This document shows, piece after piece, positions 9,479-18,955 of a stretch of 64,000 nucleotides of DNA. Source of the DNA: an uncultured Alphaproteobacteria bacterium. Lineage in GTDB: Bacteria > Pseudomonadota > Alphaproteobacteria > SHNJ01. Each line of letters begins with the position of its first letter. The first letter of the stretch is position 1. The notes under the pieces are model-generated. The model had not been told where the DNA came from, did not search any database, and saw nothing but the letters and a program-made list of their open reading frames with translations. Both the position numbers and the translations under genes were made by a program. The stretch is from contig CAYWJR010000003.1 of the NCBI GenBank assembly GCA_964458615.1, positions 2,262 through 66,261 of the forward strand, written 5' to 3'.

Positions 9479-10492
9479 TTACCGCAAAGGTTCCAATAAC
9501 CGGTTGATAATGCCGTCGATGGTGATGCCTTCGGCGCGGGCGGCGAAATTCAACGCCATGCGGTGCCGCAAAACCGGATGCGCCAGGGAAATAATATCGT
9601 CGATCGATGGCGCAAGACGGCCTTGCAACATGGCGCGCGCGCGGCACGCCATCATCAATGCCTGGCTGGCGCGGGGGCCGGGGCCCCATGCGACATAAGA
9701 CGTTACATCGTCGTATTCTGTATCGCTGGGCCGCCCGCCGCGAACCAATGTTAAAATCGCATTGACGAAATTTTCACCCACCGGCATGCGGCGTAAAATA
9801 TTTTGTCCTTGAACCAGTTCTTGGGGCGTGATGATGGCGGTCGGTTTGTATTCTTCGTTGCCGGTTGTGGTTAGCAACATTTTATATTCCGAATCCCGAT
9901 CCGGATACCCCACGTCGATTTGCAGCAAAAAACGATCCAATTGCGCTTCGGGCAATGGGTATGTGCCTTCTTGTTCCAGCGGGTTTTGCGTGGCCAGAAC
10001 GTGAAACGGCGTTGGCAATTCGTAATCTTGTCCCGCAACCGATACGCGCCGTTCTTGCATCGCTTGCAATAATGCGGATTGCGTGCGCGGGCTGGCGCGG
10101 TTGATTTCGTCGGCCATCAATAATTCGCAAAATACCGGGCCTTTGATGAAACGGAAAAAACGTTCGCCGGTTTGCGATTCTTCTAAAACTTCGGAACCGA
10201 TAATGTCGGCGGGCATTAAATCGGGCGTACATTGCACGCGTTTATCGGCCAATCCCGTAACGCGGGCGATGGTGTCGACCAATTTGGTTTTCGCAAGCCC
10301 CGGAACGCCGATCAGCAATCCGTGACCGCCCGCCAATAACGTGATCAAGGTTTGTTCAATCACTTCGTTTTGTCCGAATATGACCTTGGAAACCGCGGAT
10401 CGCAGATTGGAAAATTTTTTGCCTAAATTTTCAATTTCGCGGATTGTTTGCTGGACATCATGGCTTGGGTTTAATGGCGGCAGATCGGTCAC
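9479..10492 (-). CDS. moxR: MoxR-family AAA+ ATPase
   Basis: Walker A GVPGLAKT, VIFGQ, and a MoxR-like C-terminus. Start re-placed at GTG 10492, which has a GGAG Shine-Dalgarno 7 nt upstream; the track uses TTG 10576. Confidence 0.9.
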   Translation of the reverse strand: MTDLPPLNPSHDVQQTIREIENLGKKFSNLRSAVSKVIFGQNEVIEQTLITLLAGGHGLLIGVPGLAKTKLVDTIARVTGLADKRVQCTPDLMPADIIGSEVLEESQTGERFFRFIKGPVFCELLMADEINRASPRTQSALLQAMQERRVSVAGQDYELPTPFHVLATQNPLEQEGTYPLPEAQLDRFLLQIDVGYPDRDSEYKMLLTTTGNEEYKPTAIITPQELVQGQNILRRMPVGENFVNAILTLVRGGRPSDTEYDDVTSYVAWGPGPRASQALMMACRARAMLQGRLAPSIDDIISLAHPVLRHRMALNFAARAEGITIDGIINRLLEPLR

Positions 10493-10648
10493 GGGGTGAC
10501 TCCATAACGGTTGGGGAAATAATAATTGGATTCGATACCTTATATTATGGGCTTTGCAGCCAAAAAAAACCATCAATCCATGAATTTGTCATAAAAAAAT
10601 AACATTACTATGGCATCTATGCGGTCGTAAAAACGAAAGAAATAAAAT

Positions 10649-11827
10649 ATGGCGACAGCGATTAAGAAATCAATCGATACGGGCGATGCAAGAGCTTTGG
10701 CAGGCAGATGCCGCGCTTTGGTCAAGCACCTAAAAAAACCGGATTTAAATCCTGAAATTCTATATTGGATGATTCGCGGACGGCATGATGGCGATGTCGC
10801 GCAAATTTTAGGTTTGCAGCCAAGCGATGTTGAACGCCATCAAGAATTATGGATGGATGCCATATATGGGCAAAATGCGCGCCCGAATCATGCGGATTTA
10901 AGGCCGATATTGTTCAAATACATTGGAAAATTCGGATATAGTGGCGGCACATGGTTGAATCCAAATTTACTGGAATTCGATTCGTCATGGGAAAATTCGC
11001 CATTTGTTGAAAAGCCACCCAAAGAAAATAAAAAAGAAAAACCAGCAATAAAGACCGAGAAAAAACCGCGCCGAACATCGCTGTTGACGTCTGCGGCGCC
11101 AGTTACATCGGGTATCGTTCCGGTGAATCCGCCGCATGAAACGATAACGTCAATACAGTCCCCGACATCTGGGGCGGCTATACAATCTGTTTCTGTATCT
11201 GTTCCTGCCAAACCGCGCAGGTCAGTTGTACGGCCGGATGTTAAGATTGATGATAAACAATTTCAATTTTTTATGATGTTGGCCTTTGCGGATCATGGAT
11301 TCACCTCGCAGGATTATGATTCTATGTTGGCCAGAGAACCTTTGCCGGCAGATCGCCTGATGCATATCGTGAATAAATTCGATTTGGCGGAACCCGCCGA
11401 TAAGACAGAAATTTTGTACCATGTATGGGATTTATCGCGGTCGCAGATCGATGTTGCACGCATTGTTGATGATCTGGATTATCCAGGTGCGGTGCGTAAA
11501 ATAGGCAATTTTTTAGGCGTGAAATCGAAAGATATTGATGCATTCTTGCAAGTCGTTTCGCCAACAGGCGTTCCGATTTTTGACCGCGTGCAAGAGGCAT
11601 TGCCGTTCGCGACCGCATTGAACCAAAGATTGAAAATCGTCGATCAAGATTTTCCCCCTGTGCAAGTAGCAATTATCGGCGGCGGAATCCGGCGCCGGTT
11701 GAATGGATTGAAATCGACAGCGACGACGCCAAAATCGAACGGTACCGATTCAAGTCATCTGCGAATTCAAACGGCATTGACGGATTTGCGGCGTCAGATG
11801 CAGGATAGAGTTGCCGCAAAAGCATAA
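10649..11827 (+). CDS. hypothetical protein (392 aa), no recognisable domain
   Basis: Long ORF with coding-like composition, divergent from moxR. It has a Pro/Ser/Thr-rich middle linker. Confidence 0.6.
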   Translation: MATAIKKSIDTGDARALAGRCRALVKHLKKPDLNPEILYWMIRGRHDGDVAQILGLQPSDVERHQELWMDAIYGQNARPNHADLRPILFKYIGKFGYSGGTWLNPNLLEFDSSWENSPFVEKPPKENKKEKPAIKTEKKPRRTSLLTSAAPVTSGIVPVNPPHETITSIQSPTSGAAIQSVSVSVPAKPRRSVVRPDVKIDDKQFQFFMMLAFADHGFTSQDYDSMLAREPLPADRLMHIVNKFDLAEPADKTEILYHVWDLSRSQIDVARIVDDLDYPGAVRKIGNFLGVKSKDIDAFLQVVSPTGVPIFDRVQEALPFATALNQRLKIVDQDFPPVQVAIIGGGIRRRLNGLKSTATTPKSNGTDSSHLRIQTALTDLRRQMQDRVAAKA

Positions 11828-11845
11828 TACGTGCTATTTTCCGGC

Positions 11846-13060
11846 ATGGAATCCAAATCAGCGATCAACCTGCCGCCGCAACTTTGTGGCGCGAAAACAA
11901 ACCGTATATTCGCCGCGCTGGGCAGCGATTCGGCGCGTTTTGTCGGCGGTTGCGTGCGCGATGCGATTCTTGGCCGTCCGTTCAAGGATGTGGATATTGC
12001 CACATCGCATTCGCCGCCGGAAATTATGCGGTTGCTGCAATCGGGTGGGATCAAATGCATTCCAACCGGCATCGACCATGGCACCGTAACGGCGGTTGTG
12101 GATGGCGCGTCTTTTGAAATCACTGCATTGCGCCGCGATGTCGCAACCGATGGGCGGCATGCCGTGGTTGAATTCACGGATGATTGGCAATTGGATGCGT
12201 TGCGCCGCGATTTTACCATGAACGCGATTTATTGCGGCATGGACGGTGAAATTTTCGATCCAACCGGGGGCAGGGCGGATGCGATTGCCGGAAATGTGCG
12301 GTTTGTCGGCGATCCTGATGCACGTATTTGTGAAGATTATTTGCGCATTTTGCGGTATTTCCGGTTTTACGCGCATTATGGAAAAATACCGATGGATTCA
12401 AGTGCGGTGGCGGCGTGCCGCCGTCATGCCGCGATGATTGAAACATTGTCGATGGAACGCGTGCGCGATGAATTTTTAAAATTGCTGGCTGCTAAAAACT
12501 GCGTTGATGTATTGCAATCCATGAGCGGCGAGATTATGCGCCATGTGATTGCAGCGGATAAATTCGATTTATTGCAAAATCTTGTGAATATGGAAAAGAC
12601 GCCGGATCCGGTACGGCGGTTGGGCGCAATCATTTTGCAAAACCGAATCGATTCCGATCAAATCGCGCATCGTTGGAAATTGTCGAATGAACAGAAAAAC
12701 CGTCTGATAAATATGGCGAAAAACAGCGATTTATATTCATCGATTGCGGATGAAAAAAATGCGCGTGCGATAATTTATAAAATTTGCGCGCGGGATTTTA
12801 TCGATGTTTGTCATGTCATTGCCGCAAAAGGCATTATGAATCAAAATCAGTTAAACGATTTTGTGCAATATGCGGAAACATGCCATATCCCATCTCTGCC
12901 GATAAATGGCGGCGATGTCATGGCGATTGGAATCGGCCAAGGATCGCGCGTGGGCGAATTGTTGGCGCAAATCGAAAATTGGTGGATTGCGGGCGATTTC
13001 ACGGCGACGCGCGATGAGTGCCTATCGCGATTGCGGCAATTGGCCGGTTTGGCGCAATGA
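11846..13060 (+). CDS. cca: CCA-adding tRNA nucleotidyltransferase / poly(A) polymerase family protein
   Basis: GGCVRDAILGRPFKDVDIAT nucleotidyltransferase motif and an RxxRxxxF head domain. ATG 11846 chosen; GTG 11831 is an alternative. Confidence 0.8.
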   Translation: MESKSAINLPPQLCGAKTNRIFAALGSDSARFVGGCVRDAILGRPFKDVDIATSHSPPEIMRLLQSGGIKCIPTGIDHGTVTAVVDGASFEITALRRDVATDGRHAVVEFTDDWQLDALRRDFTMNAIYCGMDGEIFDPTGGRADAIAGNVRFVGDPDARICEDYLRILRYFRFYAHYGKIPMDSSAVAACRRHAAMIETLSMERVRDEFLKLLAAKNCVDVLQSMSGEIMRHVIAADKFDLLQNLVNMEKTPDPVRRLGAIILQNRIDSDQIAHRWKLSNEQKNRLINMAKNSDLYSSIADEKNARAIIYKICARDFIDVCHVIAAKGIMNQNQLNDFVQYAETCHIPSLPINGGDVMAIGIGQGSRVGELLAQIENWWIAGDFTATRDECLSRLRQLAGLAQ

Positions 13061-13474
13061 TTCCGTTAAAACAATCGATCCTGCAATCGCCACGTTCAAC
13101 GAACGGCCTTGGGATTGCGGTATATATATAGTCGCGTCGCACTGCGTATAAATTTCCGGTGGTGTTCCCGCGCTTTCCCTGCCCAGAATCAATATATCGT
13201 CCGGTTGAAATGCGAATTGGTGATAAGGCCGTGTTCCATCGGTTTCCACCAATATCAACCGGCCAGATTTTTTGGTTACGAAATCGTTCCACGAAGAATG
13301 CCGCGCAACTACCGCCAAATCGATGTAATCCATGCCCGCGCGCCGCAATTTTGAATCCGAAAAGGGAAAGCCGCAAGGTTCAATAACATCCAACCCCACC
13401 CCCATACAGGCGCAAAGCCGGATCAAAGTGCCGGTATTTTGTGGAATATCAGGTTGATATAATGCCAAACGCAT
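13022..13474 (-). CDS. trmL: tRNA (cytidine/uridine-2'-O)-methyltransferase TrmL (SpoU family)
   Basis: MRLALYQPDIPQNTGTLIRLCACMGVGLDVIEP aligns with the E. coli TrmL N-terminus. The start was set at that Met. Confidence 0.8.
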   Translation of the reverse strand: MRLALYQPDIPQNTGTLIRLCACMGVGLDVIEPCGFPFSDSKLRRAGMDYIDLAVVARHSSWNDFVTKKSGRLILVETDGTRPYHQFAFQPDDILILGRESAGTPPEIYTQCDATIYIPQSQGRSLNVAIAGSIVLTESLRQTGQLPQSR

Positions 13475-13659
13475 GGCGGGCATAATAATCCGCGGAATCG
13501 GGGTTGTCCAAACCGATTCATACACAATTGCTGAAAATTTCCCCTAAAAACCGGATTTTTTTTGTGCCTTTTGACGCGCAAATAGGCTAGAAACCATGTG
13601 TTAATCCGTCAAATAATCCAAGTAAATCAAAGACGATACAAATACATTAGGAACCAATC

Positions 13660-14196
13660 ATGGGTGCTCATTCTGCTAATAACAATCAATCCCGGCGCGA
13701 ATTTTTATATTTAACCACAGCTGCCGTGGCTGGCGCCGGCGTTATCGGTACGGCGTGGAATCTTGTCGATTATATGAATCCTTCTGCCGACGTATTGGCT
13801 GTTTCGACAACCGAAGTCGATTTATCGCCAATCAAAGAAGGCCAATCGATAACCGTGATGTGGCGTGGCAAACCGGTGTTTATCCGCCGCCGTACGCCAG
13901 ATGAAATCAAATCGGCCGAAACCGACGACAAGGCTGCTTTACCAGACCCGCAAGCAGACGAAAAACGCGTGCAGAAACCGGAATGGTTGGTTGTATTGGG
14001 CGTTTGTACGCATTTGGGTTGCGTTCCGCTGGGTCAAAAAATCACCGACAGCCGCGGCGAATATGGCGGCTGGTTTTGTCCGTGTCATGGATCGCATTAC
14101 GATACATCCGGCCGTATTCGCAAAGGTCCGGCGCCGCGCAATTTAGAAGTTCCAACATATTCATTTTTGACCGACACCAAAGTGCGCATCGGTTAA
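13660..14196 (+). CDS. petA: ubiquinol-cytochrome c reductase Rieske iron-sulfur subunit
   Basis: TM anchor plus CTHLGC...CPCHGS Rieske boxes. AGGAA Shine-Dalgarno. Confidence 0.9.
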   Translation: MGAHSANNNQSRREFLYLTTAAVAGAGVIGTAWNLVDYMNPSADVLAVSTTEVDLSPIKEGQSITVMWRGKPVFIRRRTPDEIKSAETDDKAALPDPQADEKRVQKPEWLVVLGVCTHLGCVPLGQKITDSRGEYGGWFCPCHGSHYDTSGRIRKGPAPRNLEVPTYSFLTDTKVRIG

Positions 14197-14239
14197 TCGC
14201 GCGCGGTTTATTAAAAAGGTTTTTAGGAGTTCCAATATT

Positions 14240-16210
14240 ATGGCCAATAACAATCCCGCCAATTTTAACAATCCGGTTGTCAAATGGATCGACAGCCGGT
14301 TGCCGATTTTCAGCCTGATGAGCAAGGAATACGGCGTTTTCCCAACGCCGCGTAATTTCAATTACTTTTGGAATTTCGGCGCGATCGCCATGTTCATGCT
14401 GGTGACCATGATCGTGACTGGAATTTTCTTGGCGATGAATTATCAGCCGTCGACCATGCACGCATTCGATTCGGTCGAACGGATTATGCGCGATGTAAAT
14501 CACGGCTGGTTGTTGCGGTATGTGCACGCGAACGGCGCATCGTTTTTCTTTATCGCCGTTTATATCCATATTTTCCGTGGCCTGTATTACGGGTCTTATA
14601 AAAATCCGCGTGAATTATTGTGGATTTTAGGCGTCGTCATTTTGTTGTTGATGATGGCGACCGCGTTTATGGGTTACGTATTGCCTTGGGGGCAAATGTC
14701 TTTTTGGGGCGCGACGGTAATTACCAATTTGTTTTCGGCGATACCCGGCATCGGCCATGACATCGTCACATTGTTATGGGGTGGTTTTTCGGTCGATAAC
14801 CCGACATTGAACCGTTTCTTTGCGTTGCATTATTTATTGCCGTTCGTGTTGGTGGCGGTGGTGTTTTTGCATGTTTGGGCGTTGCATGTGACAGGATCGA
14901 ACAATCCTCTCGGTATCGACGTTAAAACGCCGCAAGACACATTGCCGTTTCATCCATATTACACAGTCAAAGACATGTTCGGTCTTTCGGTGTTTTTGAT
15001 CATTTATTTCGGGTTCGTTTTCTTTGCGCCTAATTATTTGGGCCACCCGGACAATTATATCCCGGCCGATCCGATGGTAACGCCGGCGCACATCGTGCCG
15101 GAATGGTATTTCTTGCCGTTTTACGCGATCTTGCGTTCGGTGCCGGATAAATTGATGGGCGTTATCGCCATGTTCGGCGCCATCGCGGTGTTGTTTGTGG
15201 TGCCGTGGTTGGATACATCCAAGGTGCGCAGCGCGCGTTTCCGCCCGATTTACAAATGGTTTTTCTGGATCTTGGCGATCGTTTGCGTTGCCTTGGGATG
15301 GGCCGGGCAAAAACCGCCCGAAGGAATTCCACTCCTGGTCGCACGTTTGGGAACCGTTTATTATTTCGCGCATTTTTTGATCATTCTGCCTTTGCTTGGC
15401 AGAATTGAAAAACCTTTGCCGTTGCCGAAATCGATTGCCGAATCGGTATTGAAAAAAGGCGCGGTTGCGGTAATCGCGGCGATGTTCTTGTTCGCCGCCA
15501 CCCCGTCGCATGCGTCTGAATCCAACATCGTTTTACCGAAAAATAATTGGTCTTTCGATGGCCCGTTCGGCACCTATGACCGCGCCGCCGCGCAACGCGG
15601 ATTCCAAGTATACAAAGAAGTATGCGCCGCATGCCATTCCCTAAGCCTGGTGGCATACCGCAACTTGGCCGATTTGGGTTATAACGAGGCGGAAATAAAG
15701 GCGATTGCCGCGCAAGCAACCGTAAAAGACGGCCCGAACGACGAAGGCGACATGTTCGAACGTCCCGGCCGCCCGTCGGATAAATTTGTATCCCCTTATG
15801 CGAATAAACAATCGGCGCGCGCCGCGAATAATGGCGCCGCACCGCCGGATTTATCCTTGATCACCAAATCGCGCGTTGGCGGCGCCGATTATTTGCATGC
15901 TTTGCTGATCGGATATGAACCTGCTCCGGCGGATTTTAAATTGTCGCCTGGCATGCATTACAATAAATATTTTGCCGGGCATCAAATCGCCATGCCTGCG
16001 CCGCTTAGCGAAGGTCAGGTGACTTATGCCGACGGCACCAAGGCAAGCGTCGATCAAATGTCGCAAGATGTCGCAACATTTTTGACATGGGCGGCGGAAC
16101 CGGAAATGGAACATCGCAAACGCACCGGCGTGCGGGTATTGGCGTTTCTTGCGGTGTTGGCCGGATTGTTTTACATGAGCAAACGCAAATTATGGAGCGC
16201 GGTGAAGTAG
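14240..16210 (+). CDS. fbcH: fused cytochrome b / cytochrome c1 polyprotein (fbcH-type)
   Basis: A single uninterrupted 656-aa ORF. Residues 1 to about 400 are cytochrome b ([13 protein letters not shown]). An internal signal-peptide-like segment follows ([23 protein letters not shown]), then cytochrome c1 (CAACHSL heme site, C-terminal TM). AGGAG Shine-Dalgarno. Confidence 0.9.
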   Translation: MANNNPANFNNPVVKWIDSRLPIFSLMSKEYGVFPTPRNFNYFWNFGAIAMFMLVTMIVTGIFLAMNYQPSTMHAFDSVERIMRDVNHGWLLRYVHANGASFFFIAVYIHIFRGLYYGSYKNPRELLWILGVVILLLMMATAFMGYVLPWGQMSFWGATVITNLFSAIPGIGHDIVTLLWGGFSVDNPTLNRFFALHYLLPFVLVAVVFLHVWALHVTGSNNPLGIDVKTPQDTLPFHPYYTVKDMFGLSVFLIIYFGFVFFAPNYLGHPDNYIPADPMVTPAHIVPEWYFLPFYAILRSVPDKLMGVIAMFGAIAVLFVVPWLDTSKVRSARFRPIYKWFFWILAIVCVALGWAGQKPPEGIPLLVARLGTVYYFAHFLIILPLLGRIEKPLPLPKSIAESVLKKGAVAVIAAMFLFAATPSHASESNIVLPKNNWSFDGPFGTYDRAAAQRGFQVYKEVCAACHSLSLVAYRNLADLGYNEAEIKAIAAQATVKDGPNDEGDMFERPGRPSDKFVSPYANKQSARAANNGAAPPDLSLITKSRVGGADYLHALLIGYEPAPADFKLSPGMHYNKYFAGHQIAMPAPLSEGQVTYADGTKASVDQMSQDVATFLTWAAEPEMEHRKRTGVRVLAFLAVLAGLFYMSKRKLWSAVK

Positions 16211-16237
16211 TCTTTCCTGCGCTATCTTCTATTTAAA

Positions 16238-16272
16238 CGCCCGCAATCTATTGATATTGCGGGCGTTTTTAT
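16238..16272 (+). terminator. rho-independent terminator of the petA-fbcH operon
   Basis: CGCCCGCAAT ctattgat ATTGCGGGCG, a perfect 10-bp stem, followed by tttttatttttt. Confidence 0.65.
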
Positions 16273-16347
16273 TTTTTAAAAATTTAAACAAATATTGTCG
16301 GTTTTATAGCAAAATATGCGTTCGAGCGTTTTTTATAAGCCGGTTCA

Positions 16348-16833
16348 GTGCTTAAATTATATTTCGATTGCTGTGTCCCAATTCAGTATGCGCGGTCATT
16401 TACAGGCCGCGGATTCGATGTTGCATTCGCAAAAGAAAAAATTCCCGATCCGCAGGTTGCGATAGATTGTGTTGAAGGAAATGGGGTTCTGGTTACCGCG
16501 AATGCAAAAGATTTTTTGAATATTTATTCGCAATTTCCACAAAATCCAGGTCTTGCAATCACCCCAAATCTTGGTCGTGGTTACCGGATGAATCATGCTG
16601 TAGACACGATGGACAGGTTTGCCGAATTTTTATCAATCAGGAAACCGGATTTGCAAAATAAATTGATCGTTGTCGGGCGTCACAAAGACCCAGATATATT
16701 TCAGTACACAGCACGCGGAGTTCAGGGGCCGGATATAAAAGATCTTTGTGACCCCGGTCTTATCAGGCGCAATAGCCAACAGGGCGCCTATTTAACCGCG
16801 CTGCGTAGCTTGCAGGCGGAAAAATCAAAATAG
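16348..16833 (+). CDS. hypothetical protein, possibly a PIN-like (DUF5615-like) fold; GTG start uncertain
   Basis: ORF with no Shine-Dalgarno. There is weak resemblance to DUF5615 PIN-like proteins (..VLVTANAKDF..). No partner gene is present. Confidence 0.35.
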   Translation: MLKLYFDCCVPIQYARSFTGRGFDVAFAKEKIPDPQVAIDCVEGNGVLVTANAKDFLNIYSQFPQNPGLAITPNLGRGYRMNHAVDTMDRFAEFLSIRKPDLQNKLIVVGRHKDPDIFQYTARGVQGPDIKDLCDPGLIRRNSQQGAYLTALRSLQAEKSK

Positions 16834-16837
16834 ATTT

Positions 16838-17938
16838 TTAGACATTAAACCGGAAATGCATCACATCGCCGTCGGCGACGATGTATTCCTTGCCTTCCAG
16901 GCGCATTTTTCCGGTTTCTTTCGCGCCGGCCTCGCCATTCCCGCTAATATAATCAGGGTATGCGATGGTTTCCGCGCAAATAAAACCTTTTTCAAAATCG
17001 GTATGAATCACGCCCGCCGCGCCAGGCGCCTTGGTGTTTTTGATGATGGTCCAGGCGCGCGCTTCTTTCGGGCCGATGGTGAAATAAGTAATCAGATCCA
17101 GCAATGCGTATCCCGCGCGAATGACGCGGTTTAAACCGGGTTCCGATAAATTCATGGTTCGCAGAAATTCCAATTTATCGGCTTCGTTATCCATCACCGA
17201 AATTTCCGATTCGATTTTCGCGGAAATCACCACGCTTTGCGAATTTTCCGCTTTGGCGTGCGCGGCGACTTTGGCGGACAGGGCATTGCCTTTGTCGGCT
17301 TCGTTTTCTTCGACATTGCAAATGTATAAAACAGGTTTGGATGTCATCAATTGCAATAATCGCACCAGTGGTTTTTGTTCTTTGGTGAAATTGACGCTGC
17401 GTGCCGGTTTTCCATCGCGCAAGGCGGCCAGTATCGGGTCGACGATTTCCAATAACTCTTTGGATTCTTTGTCGCCTTGTTTGGCTTTTTTGGCCAGATT
17501 GTCGTACCGTTTTTCCAGCGATTCCATGTCCGCCAGCATCAATTCCGTGTCGATGATTTCAATATCGCGGATGGGATCGACCGATCCTTCGACATGGGTA
17601 ATATCGCCGCCGTCGAAACAACGCACCACATGCAAAATCGCATCGACTTCGCGGATGTTGGCCAGGAACTGGTTGCCCAATCCTTCGCCCTTGCTGGCGC
17701 CTTTGACGATTCCGGCAATGTCGACAAATTCAATAAAAGTCGGGATAATTTTAGCCGAAGATGCGATTTTCGCCAATTTATCCAACCGGTCGTCGGGAAC
17801 CGCGACGCGGCCAACGTTCGGTTCAATGGTGCAAAACGGATAATTGGCCGCCGCGGCAGCAGCCGATGCAGTCAGCGCGTTGAACAAAGTGGATTTGCCG
17901 ACGTTTGGCAAACCGACGATACCGCAATTGAATCCCAT
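16838..17938 (-). CDS. ychF: redox-regulated ATPase YchF (Obg-family GTPase)
   Basis: MGFNCGIVGLPNVGKSTLFNALT P-loop and a TGS domain at the C-terminus. Confidence 0.9.
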   Translation of the reverse strand: MGFNCGIVGLPNVGKSTLFNALTASAAAAAANYPFCTIEPNVGRVAVPDDRLDKLAKIASSAKIIPTFIEFVDIAGIVKGASKGEGLGNQFLANIREVDAILHVVRCFDGGDITHVEGSVDPIRDIEIIDTELMLADMESLEKRYDNLAKKAKQGDKESKELLEIVDPILAALRDGKPARSVNFTKEQKPLVRLLQLMTSKPVLYICNVEENEADKGNALSAKVAAHAKAENSQSVVISAKIESEISVMDNEADKLEFLRTMNLSEPGLNRVIRAGYALLDLITYFTIGPKEARAWTIIKNTKAPGAAGVIHTDFEKGFICAETIAYPDYISGNGEAGAKETGKMRLEGKEYIVADGDVMHFRFNV

Positions 17939-17974
17939 AATTATCTCCGTTTTTTCGTATGTGTGGTTATTTCG

Positions 17975-18532
17975 TTATTTTGAAATGGAATTTAAAAATT
18001 CGCTGTCTTTGCCGTCCAAAATCAGGGCAAAGTTTTTTGCAATCGACCATATCGCCGGATCGACCAGTTCTTTTTCTTCTTTTGCGAAATCGTGCAAAAC
18101 AAAAGAAGAAACCAAATCCTTGCGCCCCGGATGGCCGATTCCAAACCGCAGGCGTTTATATTCCACGCCGGCATTGGCGTCAATCGACCGCAGGCCGTTA
18201 TGCCCCGCGTTGCCGCCGCCGGTTTTTATTTTCAATTGCGCGGGATCCAAATCCAGTTCGTCGTGTATGACGACGACGTTTCCGATCGGGATTTTATAAA
18301 ACGCAATCGCTTGTTGCACGGCAACGCCGGATACGTTCATGTATGTTTGCGGTTTCAAAACCAGCACTTTGTGGTCGCCGATCGTTCCATCGAACGCTTC
18401 GGATTCGAATTTTTTCTTAGGCCCCGACAAACCAAACCGCGAAATCAGTTCATCGGCAACCATGAATCCCACATTGTGGCGGTTGTTCCGGTATTCCGAT
18501 CCGGGATTGCCAAGTCCGACGATTAAAAACAT
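17975..18532 (-). CDS. pth: peptidyl-tRNA hydrolase
   Basis: MFLIVGLGNPGSEYRNNRHNVGF signature. Confidence 0.9.
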   Translation of the reverse strand: MFLIVGLGNPGSEYRNNRHNVGFMVADELISRFGLSGPKKKFESEAFDGTIGDHKVLVLKPQTYMNVSGVAVQQAIAFYKIPIGNVVVIHDELDLDPAQLKIKTGGGNAGHNGLRSIDANAGVEYKRLRFGIGHPGRKDLVSSFVLHDFAKEEKELVDPAIWSIAKNFALILDGKDSEFLNSISK

Positions 18533-18560
18533 GGGAATCGGGAATTGGGAATTGGGAATA
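18533..18560 (+). repeat. left terminal repeat: (GGGAATN)x4
   Basis: GGGAATC GGGAATT GGGAATT GGGAATA read directly. Confidence 0.9.
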
Positions 18561-18571
18561 AGATGAACATA

Positions 18572-18955
18572 TTATGCGGCCAAATTTTTACGCAGGCGGT
18601 TTAACATTTGCCGAATAGACATAATTTCCGCCAGCAATTGATCTAATTCAGCGGCAGGGACATAGTTTAAATCGCCAGCCAAGATCAATAATGTTTCCAG
18701 TTCGGCGGACGATCCGGCAGATATTGAAATAAAATGGGCATATTCTTTGCGAGAAGACCGCGCATTGCCTTCGGCAATATTGGAGGGAATGGAAACAACG
18801 GCGCGTTGCAGTTGAGAAGATAAGCCGAATTTCTCGGTGGGCGGGAAATGGGAGGTCAATTCATAAACCGATTTTACCAATGCTCTGGATTTCTTGAAAA
18901 CATCCAGATCTCGATAATCTCGGATTAATGGAACGACCGATTCCCCATTCCCCAT
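18572..18955 (-). CDS. four-helix-bundle protein (TIGR02436-like, formerly called 23S rRNA intervening-sequence protein)
   Basis: Hallmark motifs SIPSNIAEGNAR and SAELETLLILA. 127 aa. Confidence 0.85.
   Translation of the reverse strand: MGNGESVVPLIRDYRDLDVFKKSRALVKSVYELTSHFPPTEKFGLSSQLQRAVVSIPSNIAEGNARSSRKEYAHFISISAGSSAELETLLILAGDLNYVPAAELDQLLAEIMSIRQMLNRLRKNLAA

Noticed and set aside
11858-12376. 172-aa minus-strand ORF
   Set aside because: Antisense to the cca gene and has no motifs.
14240-16210. Possibility that petB and petC are separate genes with a missed stop/start
   Set aside because: I re-read the junction region and the frame is continuous, with an internal signal peptide. I kept a single fbcH-type ORF, flagged for read-level confirmation.
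17121-17843. 240-aa plus-strand Ser-rich ORF
   Set aside because: Antisense shadow of ychF.
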